Position numbers and translations under genes: made by a program
IMG/VR virus record: IMGVR_UViG_3300036766_002286
Length of the DNA: 64,000 bases
Reading direction: 5' to 3' (one strand)
Source of the DNA: a virus
Taxonomy: Duplodnaviria; Caudoviricetes
Part shown: positions 53,724-63,424 of the stretch, piece after piece
Numbering within the stretch: the first letter of the stretch is position 1
How the letters are laid out: every line of letters begins with the position of its first letter
Notes under the pieces: model-generated
What the model was told of the DNA's origin: nothing
Databases searched by the model: none
Seen by the model: only the letters and a program-made list of their open reading frames with translations

Positions 53724-54594
53724 GTGTCACAGTTCTTCTCAAATAAGATGATTAGCATGTTAGCAGATCGCGCAAAAAACGAGGGCCGGGGTTTAGACGC
53801 AGCCGGACTTGCCTATATAAATGCCGGAGTCCCAGGCTGGTCTGAAGAGGACGCTTCGGCCTTTATTGAGATGACGGGTATACTTGTATCTGCAAAAGGC
53901 GCGCTCGCTACATTTGAAGTTTCACACCAACAAGATCCATATACAGCAGATTCCGGTGTTGATATAATTTTAAAGAAGGCTGTATATGGCAATATCATAA
54001 CGGAGGGCGACCGGGCTTATTTAGCAGCACTGGATATCACTTGGGTAGATGAATATATAAAGCTCCTATCTGATCTAAACACCGCTGACAGCAAAGCCTA
54101 TTTAAAACTTCGTATTAAAGCAGGACGCGAAATATAAACCTATTATCAAAAGAGTAATCACCAAAAACTAACAAAGGAGTTAAAAAATGTCTGCAAACAC
54201 AAGTGGAATGATTAGTATTTTAATAAAACAAGCTTCAGAGGGTAAAGAGTTAAATGAAGCCGGCCAAGCATACATACGCACTAGTAAAGAAAATGCATCT
54301 TACGCGGAGCAGGTCTATTGGAATGAGTTTTCTGGGCACCTGAGTACTATAGTCCGAACGTCTATTATGATGCAAAAATTAATTACGCAGCAGAAAAACA
54401 TTGATGAAATTGATGAAGGTTCTTTGTGTCTATTTGCTCAGACATCGAGCGGAATAAGCCTTTCAAAAGCAGATAGCGCCTATCTAGAAGCTAGTGGTAT
54501 GATCGGCCTCACCCCTGATATAATAGAAGATTTGAATAAAAGAGCTGAAGCAATTAGACAGATATACCTATTAGAAAAAAAGTTCTACGAATAA
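53724..54594 (+). other. two G..LS..D.AY family genes (53724..54137, 54187..54594)
   Basis: MIS.L...A..G..L..AG.AYI motif. Confidence 0.65.
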
Positions 54595-54606
54595 AGGAGC
54601 TAACAA

Positions 54607-54933
54607 ATGAGCAATCTACCAGAAGAAAATATCACAACCAACCTAACTGTTGACGATTGGGAGGAACAATTTCACCCACGCATAAATCATATTGACCCTA
54701 ACGCGTCTTTTGGTGGCGATGATGGCGGGTTCATGTTCGAAACTTACGGTGACGAATTGGCCTTTGTAGCTGCTCAAGACGAGCATTACGTATGGACATA
54801 TGTAGAGGCTAGTGGTCCGACCTATATTGTAAACGGGCGTAGGTTTGTAGATAGAATAGGATACTTCGTAACAACCGTTCCCTGGCGTAAAGAATACGAG
54901 ATTTTGGTTAATAGCGAAGAAGATTTTGAGTGA
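54607..54933 (+). CDS. hypothetical protein, paralog of 48711 and 56533
   Basis: WEEQFHP.INHI.P.ASF...FETYG. Confidence 0.7.
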   Translation: MSNLPEENITTNLTVDDWEEQFHPRINHIDPNASFGGDDGGFMFETYGDELAFVAAQDEHYVWTYVEASGPTYIVNGRRFVDRIGYFVTTVPWRKEYEILVNSEEDFE

Positions 54934-55089
54934 TACGGATAGTAAGAAGTAGATTATCATCTGGCCGGTCTTTAGGACACTAATGGTATATTAAAACTAA
55001 ATAATATATCACGAATAAAATAGTTGTTTCTTACACGTTTGCCTACATAGTATGTAGCATCAGAATTACTATAACTATAAAGGAGCACA

Positions 55090-55575
55090 ATGAGTAAGCC
55101 AAATGTGAAATATATAGACCGTAACGGTGTACACCGAGAATTACGGTGGTCAGATTCTTGGATAAATATTGATCTGGCTGGTGCCAATCTTCAAAATATT
55201 GATTTAAGTGGAGCCGACATGCGTGGCGCTAATTTACACAGGGCAGACCTAAGTTTAACTCTTTTCACAGAAGCAAACTTGCGTGAAGCCGATCTTAGCG
55301 ATACTAATCTAAGTTTTACTAACTTAGATAGAGCAAATCTAGATAAAGCCGATTTGCGTAATGTCATTTTTCTCGAGACAAGTATGTTGTGCGTCTCTTT
55401 ACAAGGAGCTAATCTAGTCGGTATTAACCTAAGTAACTCCGATCTGACTGACGTTACTCTAACAGACGCTAATCTGACGGATGCGGATCTAAGCGATGCC
55501 AATTTAATAGGCGTTAATTTAACCGACGTTAATTTTACTAAAACCATCATGCCTGATGGAACTGTACATGAATAA
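55090..55575 (+). CDS. pentapeptide repeat protein (type I)
   Basis: KPNVKYIDRNG head, TIMPDG tail. Confidence 0.92.
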   Translation: MSKPNVKYIDRNGVHRELRWSDSWINIDLAGANLQNIDLSGADMRGANLHRADLSLTLFTEANLREADLSDTNLSFTNLDRANLDKADLRNVIFLETSMLCVSLQGANLVGINLSNSDLTDVTLTDANLTDADLSDANLIGVNLTDVNFTKTIMPDGTVHE

Positions 55576-55646
55576 CTATTATACAATAAAATAAAGAATA
55601 CCTAAAGAAAATAAGTGCCGAGAGTACATTAGAACTAAGGAGTACC

Positions 55647-56030
55647 ATGAGCAAAGAGATGATTATTTTACTTATAGATCGCGCAAAGGATGGGTATCCC
55701 TTAAACGTTCCAGGACTAGCTTATATAAATGCCGGCATCAAAGGCTGGTCTACGGACACGGCAAACACTTTTATTAAGGCGTTAGACGAAACAGCGAATC
55801 TATCAAGGTTTATAAGTAGGGCAGACGTAGACAAATTAACACAAGGTAGTGACAGCGAAGTCACAGCATTGATTGTGCATAAGATTGTGCACAAAGCAGC
55901 ATTATCTGTTAACGACATAGCATACCTAGATGCGTCTAATCTTTCTTGGTTTGAAGAGCATAGAGAGGAAATAATTAATGCAGCCTTTAATAACAATACT
56001 TTAGAAGAACTGTTAGATGTGCTAAACTAA
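55647..56030 (+). CDS. G..LS..D.AY family protein
   Basis: GLAYINAGIKGWS, LSVNDIAYL. Confidence 0.65.
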   Translation: MSKEMIILLIDRAKDGYPLNVPGLAYINAGIKGWSTDTANTFIKALDETANLSRFISRADVDKLTQGSDSEVTALIVHKIVHKAALSVNDIAYLDASNLSWFEEHREEIINAAFNNNTLEELLDVLN

Positions 56031-56060
56031 AATTATTAACATGCGCTCGAGATCAAAGCT

Positions 56061-56465
56061 ATGATGCAAGTTAGCTCATTTAGATGGTGCGATTATGTTA
56101 AACGCCGTTTTGCTGATCTCAAACTAGAAGTAGATGATGAAATCTGTGATGAAATTATTCCGCCTTCTACAGAAACCCTAAACAAGGCCTGGATTTTTAT
56201 ATGTGGCCTACTCGCTCCCCAGGCAGCAACACCGTCAGTGATGCCATCTGGTGACGGCGGCGTACAGTTTCACTGGCACAAGAACGGTTGGAGTGTCGTA
56301 ATTGAAATACCCGCACTAGGTGAGGTACTTGTCTGGACTAATAATCGTCTTTCTGGTGATGGGTACTACGGCAACTTCGATGAGTATCGTGACAAACTTC
56401 TTGATATTCTTCGGACTATATCTGAAGATAAACTAAATAACTCACCAGCAGTACCTTCGAACTAG
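56061..56465 (+). CDS. distant MENLY-family domain protein
   Basis: PSVMPSGDGGVQFHW...VIEI. Confidence 0.55.
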   Translation: MMQVSSFRWCDYVKRRFADLKLEVDDEICDEIIPPSTETLNKAWIFICGLLAPQAATPSVMPSGDGGVQFHWHKNGWSVVIEIPALGEVLVWTNNRLSGDGYYGNFDEYRDKLLDILRTISEDKLNNSPAVPSN

Positions 56466-56556
56466 CTGTCCTGGCCTACTTGCTTGTGCATATCCGGTCC
56501 GCACAGTTTTTCTCTAGAAGACGCTTAGTCTTTTGTATATCTATAAGGAGCCTATC

Positions 56557-56880
56557 ATGAGTGACATATTAGAAGAAAGAAACCCAACCAGTTTAACGTA
56601 TGATGCGTGGGAAGAACAATTTCACCCGGTTATAAATCATATTAATCCAGACGCATCTTTTGATAATGGCACAGGCAATGGAGGAACTTTGTTTGAGACT
56701 TACGGCGCCGAACAGGATTTTGTACGCACTCATGACGAACACCATGTATGGACATATCTAGAGGCTGGCGCTGCGACCTGTATTGTAAATGGTTGGGTGT
56801 ATGCAAATAGAATAGGATACTTTGTTACAGCCACGCCATGGCGTAAAGATTTTGAGATTTGGGTTGCTATCAATTATTAG
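56557..56880 (+). CDS. hypothetical protein, paralog of 54607
   Basis: WEEQFHPVINHINPDASF; ATG after AAGGAG. Confidence 0.7.
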   Translation: MSDILEERNPTSLTYDAWEEQFHPVINHINPDASFDNGTGNGGTLFETYGAEQDFVRTHDEHHVWTYLEAGAATCIVNGWVYANRIGYFVTATPWRKDFEIWVAINY

Positions 56881-57576
56881 AAAGTAAAAAGCGCCCTTTG
56901 GTTTTTATTAAAGCCCTGATAGTATACTTGAAATAAGGAGAACACTATGAGTAAATGGAAAATCACTATTCCACGATCAACAAAGCGCACTGAGTCTGTG
57001 ATTCGCTCTTTGCAAGACATACTCCCCAAAGTTAATGGAAAGCCATTATTTACTGCTAGTTATCATGCAAAATGCGACCAGTGTGGCAAGCAAAGCACTC
57101 TCGGATACGAGAGCATTGCACTTTCTGCAGAAGAAACAAAGAAACTCGGTTGGCAACATAATGATGACTTCACCGACTCAACTTGTACTGAATGTCTCAC
57201 AAAAGGTTCCAGCCATGAGTGAAATAAATGAAGCAACAGAAGGTAATTTCATAGGCCGCCGCCGCTCATTTATTAAAGCAATACGCTTCACAAACTGGGA
57301 AGACCCAGAGATAATCGCATGGGTAGCAGAGCATGCGGGCTCGCGCATAAACCCGGCGCACTACAATCCTATGGAAGGTGACTGGATATATGTAGATGCC
57401 GGGCTGTCCTCGCCCCACATTAGTTATATATCCGATGAAGAGTTTCGCGATGTATATATGTCTATACCAGAGGGAACCTTACTATACGAGGCCTCCAGCA
57501 CCCCAGGCTCGCGTAGGCGTAGTGGTCAAGACAAATCTTTTTGGTCAAGATAAATCTCGTAAGCAGAAATACATAA

Positions 57577-58014
57577 ATGTCTACAGAAGAAATAAGAGAA
57601 TTTCAAGGTCAATATCGCTGGCTATCTAATTTCTGGCCAGCTCCAATATCTTATGGTCATGATATATATCCTACAGTCGAACATTTCTATCAGGCTATGA
57701 AAACAACTGATCAGACCAAACGCAAAGCCATTATCACGCTTCCTCATGCAGCCGCGGTAAAAAAGTTTGCCAAAACTATTCAGCTACGCGACGACTGGGA
57801 AGACATTAAGCTAGATGTTATGCGGTTGGCGATTGCAAAAAAATTTGTTGCAGGGTCAGCACTTGCGGATCTACTATTACAGACAGGGCACGCAACCCTG
57901 GTAGAAGGCAACAATTGGGGCGATACTTTCTGGGGTGTATGCAAAAATAAAGGCGCCAATCATTTAGGTTTAATTATAATGGCTCACCGCCAACTTTTAT
58001 TAGATAGTCAGTAA
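57577..58014 (+). CDS. NADAR (YbiA-like) family protein
   Basis: WLSNFW, TVEHFYQAMK, R.DWE, LVEGN.WGDTFWG, G.NHLG. Confidence 0.92.
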   Translation: MSTEEIREFQGQYRWLSNFWPAPISYGHDIYPTVEHFYQAMKTTDQTKRKAIITLPHAAAVKKFAKTIQLRDDWEDIKLDVMRLAIAKKFVAGSALADLLLQTGHATLVEGNNWGDTFWGVCKNKGANHLGLIIMAHRQLLLDSQ

Positions 58015-58544
58015 TACTGGTAATAAGAGAAGAAACCTCTAAGTAGCACCCATCGCCTTTCTGCGTAGTTCACTAAGGGACTGTTTTGCTTCCGCCAGTT
58101 CTACAAGGGATTCTTTCAGGTCTTCCCATCCTGGTATACGACTCACATCTATAGACAAAACCTCTTTCATAGTCAAATCGTCTCCTGCTTTTACTTTTAA
58201 CATGAGCGCCTCAGTTTTAATGACCAAATAATCAATCTCAAGGTCTGCTGTCTTACAGTAGTTATCTTATATTGCCTGCGTATGGGTATTAAATGGCCAT
58301 CTTCGGACTTCTTTTTTATAGTAGTATTCATCAAGGACTTTATATACTTTAGACAGGGTTTCAATATTGCAAGTAAAGACATGCGCATCTTCTTTCGTCC
58401 AGCCCGGTATTGTACCGTTAATATATGCCAAGTCAGACTCTGATAGTTTTTTGTTTTTCATTGCTCTAGTTATTAATGCATTTATGGTATCTGTACTCAT
58501 TATATCTCCTATTTTGTAGTATTAATTATTGAGGTATATTTGTC

Positions 58545-58904
58545 CTATCCGTGTTGATGCGTGCTCGGGGCATACTCCACGCTCCCATCTGGCACTATTG
58601 TGTTTGCATAATTGTTAAAATATGGTACATTTATATTTATTTCAGCACCCAACATATTAGCCGCACAAAAAGCCGTCTCATCGAGATCAGCATCTTTAAG
58701 ACAGGCATTTCCCAGATTTGCGTGTGCAAAGTCAACTTCACTTAAATTTGCACCCTCAAGATTAACCCCAGTCAAGTTTGTCCGAGTAAAATTCGCACAA
58801 AATATCCACTCAAATTTTTGTTTACCGGGTTTCTCTGTCTTTGTAAATAATACAGGTTGCCACCTAGATTCTATGCCCTGAATATGTTCTATGTTAAAAC
58901 TCAT
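58545..58904 (-). CDS. short or degenerate pentapeptide repeat protein
   Basis: Repeats plus TIVPDG tail. Confidence 0.75.
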   Translation of the reverse strand: MSFNIEHIQGIESRWQPVLFTKTEKPGKQKFEWIFCANFTRTNLTGVNLEGANLSEVDFAHANLGNACLKDADLDETAFCAANMLGAEININVPYFNNYANTIVPDGSVEYAPSTHQHG

Positions 58905-59457
58905 TTATTTCTCGCAAGTAAACTTCCCAACAATGTGTTGGCCACCACGTCCCATTCCCAGCGCTATTCCCAAATGGTTCATATTGAAAAAGATAAGGCA
59001 CAATAACTTCTTGCCACTCGGACATGCGCATACATCCACCGTAATCAATTGCATTTACATCAAACACTTGCTCACCATCTATAGCTATCCAATGAGTGTG
59101 ATAGTAACGATCCGCCACCGGAACACCAGATGCTGTCCACGGCCCGTCAAATTGTATCCTAACAAGTCCGTGCTCTGGATATTTTGGATTGCGGGCTCGT
59201 CCACGACCAAGACATCGGTATACTCGAGTGAAGCTATATCCAAGCTCAACAATTGCTTGTTGCATCATCGAGGGGTTGGTGTAATGTTTCTTGTCAAAGT
59301 TTCTCAAGTGAGGAATAACTTTTTCTGGTTTCAATTTTGTGACTGCACATAAGGCACTGTGACCACAATTAAAAAATTCGTGCGCAGCGAACATCTCGGC
59401 TCTAGTAAAATCAGCTTTATTTATAATTTCTTTCCGAGTTAATCTCTCCATGGTCAT
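58894..59457 (-). CDS. papain/C39-like fold hypothetical protein
   Basis: NCGHSAL...HWIA...VFDVN (putative Cys-His-Asp). Confidence 0.4.
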   Translation of the reverse strand: MTMERLTRKEIINKADFTRAEMFAAHEFFNCGHSALCAVTKLKPEKVIPHLRNFDKKHYTNPSMMQQAIVELGYSFTRVYRCLGRGRARNPKYPEHGLVRIQFDGPWTASGVPVADRYYHTHWIAIDGEQVFDVNAIDYGGCMRMSEWQEVIVPYLFQYEPFGNSAGNGTWWPTHCWEVYLREINEF

Positions 59458-61987
59458 ATATTGCCTCCCGGCTAAGAATATACTGTACGGGCTATGAATT
59501 CAAAGTCAAGAATTTTTATAGAACACCTCTATATCTTCATGCATTATAAATGGACCAAATTCTCCAGATTCGTGCTTTTTAGTACATACTGCTTACAGTT
59601 ATATGCAAGGGAAAATATTATGCCAAATAATTATATATACCGTATTGATCTCCATATGATACGAGACTACAATCTGACAATAGCGCTCCAGCCTGAAAAT
59701 CGGCCTAAAGATTTTCTTGTCTGGGTGGGACAGAAGGTGACTGTCAGAGATGAAGACTACTATCTCTATGATGCTATCATTGAAACTGTTGTGGGATATA
59801 CCCATGTATATTTACGGATTATTTGGACAACTAAAACTATAGAAAGCTAGTTGTACCTCTATCTTTTGCCATAAACATCAATAATTTGGCCGGCCCAAAC
59901 TACCGCCAATAGTTATATATATATAGAGTAACATTCGTTATTCTATGAAGCAGGAGAAACACCATGGCAACCTATTTCGTAAAAGGAACAAATTATTACA
60001 CAGTCGAAACAGACGACACTAAAACAGAAGCAGAAATCCTAGAGATTATGGACAATATGCCACTAGAAGGCGGAGAGGACAGCTCTACCAAAACACTGGT
60101 TACATTAGATGATGTGGACTATGAGATAACAAAGAAATCAAACAGATAGTTCTGCTTGGTTATTCACACGTGTACTACTCATCAAATATTTACGTAAGGA
60201 TTATTACCGTCAATAGTTATAAATATATAACAGGAGAAACAATATGACAACATTTCCAGAAGCAAATTTAGTTGTAAAAGCAATAGGACGTAATATTCGC
60301 AATGGAGGCGGTCTCCGTGAAGAGGATCGCCAATATCTAGCTTCCACCCTCGCCGCAGACGAAGCCACAGCGAAAGCTACCCTAGACAGCCTCCCCAAAA
60401 AGTTGCGCTATCGCGGTGACGAGATAAGGATTGGTGGATGGCGCCCCACTCTTGATAAAATTATTACAGCAGCAAATGATATAAAATCTTACGATCACAT
60501 TCTAGACCAAGATGGGATTCTAAATGTGTTAAAAGGCAATTCAGTAGCCACTGCCATTTTCGAGCAAGCAGGTAACGGTAAAAAACCAACAGACGTAGAT
60601 ATAGACTATTTAAATAGTTTTGCTCTTCGTAGTAAACTCTCTCCTGAAGCAAGAACCGCCCTAGTAGGTATGGCTATTTCAGTAGCATATATCACCAGAC
60701 TTTTTAATATACCAGACTCGCAATAAAAAAAGAGAACCGCACAAATGTCAGATAACCACATTTCCGAACATACTGCAGTAGGCTTAGAGATAAAAAGAGT
60801 TTTAGATGCTTTTGCTGTTGCGGGTACAGCTAAAGTTATAGCCGAGGAGACTTTACTAAATAAGATGGCAATTTTAGAAAAGCTTCAAGCTACTTCACAG
60901 GCCGCCAGCCAAAAAGAGATCAACATCGCTTCGGGAAGTGTAATTTTAGCCAACGAGACGCTAGACGCAGCAGCTCTACAAGTCAGTATCGTTCATGGGC
61001 AAATGTGTGACCTGCGCAAATCCGCCCTAGATTATTTAAATAACACAGAGTATAGTGGCCCACAAAACGAAAATCAATTCATCTCTGAACTAGACCGAAT
61101 CATTTTTACAGCCTCACTGTTAATGCGTAGGGATGATAGTTTAAGTCCGTCTGACCTAACTTTTTATGATATTATAGGTGAAAGTTAGTATAAAGGTTCG
61201 AATTTTAGCTATTCAGTATAGCGCCAAAGGTTCATAAAGTAAAGCAGTTAAGAGCATTTAACAAAGCATAGGAGGCTACGATGGCAGTTAGCGATATTGT
61301 TAAAGTAATAGGTCGAAAAATTCGTCACGGTGAGGGCCTGTCCGCAGCAGACATTGCCTATTTAGATACCGAATTATTCGTAACTAGCCCAGCCGGTACT
61401 AAATATGAAGTCCTGGACGCAGCATTCAATTTAAAAGTCTTCGAGAAAAAATCAACTAAAAGTAAATTATCTAAACTGTTAAAGACCGACTCAGTTGCCT
61501 CCGAAATTTTTCAACAAGCTTATAGAGGCTTCTATCCCAGTATAGCAGAGTTAGATTATTTACAAACAGTAGTTTCTGAGCAATCCCTAGATGCAGACAC
61601 CGCTGCTGCCTTAATAGGAACACCGGGAGCCGTGTCCTGCGTTGTCACCCTATTTGGACTAGATGCCATAGAGCATTTCTACATATAAGTACAAAGGACA
61701 ATTCCTATGAACGACCTAGATCTCCCTCCAGCGGTTCCCCTACTAAATCATGCTATAGTACAAGCTTTGGTAGATTTTCAGCTCGCATCTGGTGTGGTGC
61801 TTGATTATGACCAAACAGAACTTCTTGTCATAAAAGTAGCTGAGTTAGTAAAACTTGCGTACGATCTGTGTAATGGTAAATAAAGTAACCAAATCGGGAA
61901 TCTAAAATAATCACCGCCAGCCTGCATTATTAATATTCGCAAACAAACAGCATTGCTTTCATCAATAAACACGGCACTATACTACAT

Positions 61988-62590
61988 ATGGATACCATAC
62001 TAAATAAAGTACGCAAAGCAGTTGAACAGCTCTCACTAGGCACTCCTTTTACGGCCAAGCATTTTTCAACTATAGCCGCCCCGCAAGTTATAGATCAGGC
62101 CCTATCTCAATTAACAGATCGAGAAATTATTGTTAGAGTGTGCGATGAAGTATTTGTGCGTCCAAAATTCAGTAAATGGGTTGAAGGTCCATGTTTGCCA
62201 CCAGCCCACGATGTAGCTAAAGCTATAGCTGATTCTCAAGGTGACGTTATAAGTATTGCTGGTGCGACAGCTGCAAATCGGTTCCATCTAAGCACCCAAG
62301 TTCCTATGCGAGAGATATTTTTAACCTCTGGCCCAGAGAGGTTTTTTATATTAAAAAACCAGAAAATTGAGATGCGCCACGCGCCGTCAGAAATGCTCGT
62401 TTTAGCAGGTACTCCAGCAGGCGAAGCTCTCGTTGCATTGCTTTACTTGGGTGAATCAGAGGTCACAGTATCCACGGTAAAAATAATCAAAAAGGGACTT
62501 GCACCAGAACAATTCACTATTCTGTGCTCAACTTCCACCAGTAAGCCAGCTTGGCTAAGCGACTTGCTTATCACAGCATATAGTCAATAG
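61988..62590 (+). CDS. AbiEi-like/DUF6088 type IV antitoxin family protein
   Basis: wHTH (FTAKHF...IDQALSQL...IVRV), GATAANRFHLSTQVP; leaderless promoter TTGCTT-N16-CACTAT-N7-ATG. Confidence 0.85.
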   Translation: MDTILNKVRKAVEQLSLGTPFTAKHFSTIAAPQVIDQALSQLTDREIIVRVCDEVFVRPKFSKWVEGPCLPPAHDVAKAIADSQGDVISIAGATAANRFHLSTQVPMREIFLTSGPERFFILKNQKIEMRHAPSEMLVLAGTPAGEALVALLYLGESEVTVSTVKIIKKGLAPEQFTILCSTSTSKPAWLSDLLITAYSQ

Positions 62591-62654
62591 TTATGCTTGT
62601 TTGTGATATCTTAAAATACTTGTATTCTAGTATAAGGCCATAACAGTAATATCT

Positions 62655-63038
62655 ATGAAATCAGTTTTTAATATTTTTCGAAGCCGTAATCATATAAGTA
62701 GTGATGATAAGCTACGGGTGCATGGGCATTTGAACCGCATAATGGAAGCAATAGGGCGTATAAATGTTTCTGTGGCAGGCGTGTCGAAAAAAAACTTTCT
62801 CAATGACGAAGAATTACCGCGTCTTATATTTGAAGATCTTTTTATCATAAAAAGAGCCTGTAGTGATATTATAGAACACCATCCCTGGTTCGACAATTCC
62901 GATTCAGGAAGTATCTGCAAGCGAGGGCTAGACACATGGTATAAAAGCGTCATAGGTTCAGCTAGCATGTGGGATTCAATTCACAGCGACTTACCTAAAC
63001 TAGCAACAGAAATCACATATGCACAGATACTCCTATGA
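62655..63038 (+). CDS. DUF86/HepT-like HEPN protein lacking catalytic residues
   Basis: HL.RIMEAI.RI...FLND...W..IHSDLPKL; no RxxxxH. Confidence 0.7.
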   Translation: MKSVFNIFRSRNHISSDDKLRVHGHLNRIMEAIGRINVSVAGVSKKNFLNDEELPRLIFEDLFIIKRACSDIIEHHPWFDNSDSGSICKRGLDTWYKSVIGSASMWDSIHSDLPKLATEITYAQILL

Positions 63039-63409
63039 GAAAAGATCCCGGCATACGACCAGTAAAATATTTAGAGTACATAGAGGAAGCTTGCCTCAAT
63101 GCCTGCGAGTATATAAAAGGAATGTCAAAGAGTGATTTTCTTAACGATAAAAAAACCATTGCAGCCGTAACTAGTTCCTTTGATACTATAGGAAAAGCTT
63201 GCCACGACCTCATAAAGTACCACGCTCCTTTTATAGACTATCGCCCAGTAACTTATTGGTTTGCACGTAAAATGTGCGAGTTGTTCCCGACAGAGCATTC
63301 CTACACAACAGATCCAGACATCCTTTGGAATATTGTTCGTAATAATTTACCAGAACTGTCTAGCGACGCCTCTCGTGTGCTAGTAGCCGCCACTGTTAGT
63401 GAGCAGTAA
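63035..63409 (+). CDS. DUF86/HepT-like HEPN protein lacking catalytic residues
   Basis: YLEYIEEA...GMSKSDFLND.KT..AV...IGKA...D.DILWNIVRNNLPEL; RxxxxH replaced by CELFPTEH. Confidence 0.78.
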   Translation: MRKDPGIRPVKYLEYIEEACLNACEYIKGMSKSDFLNDKKTIAAVTSSFDTIGKACHDLIKYHAPFIDYRPVTYWFARKMCELFPTEHSYTTDPDILWNIVRNNLPELSSDASRVLVAATVSEQ

Positions 63410-63424
63410 GAAAGGCGTTTTTAT

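Noticed and set aside
385-58904. Diversity-generating retroelement behind the paralog variation
   Set aside because: No reverse transcriptase and no template/variable repeat pair with adenine-specific differences was seen in the window.
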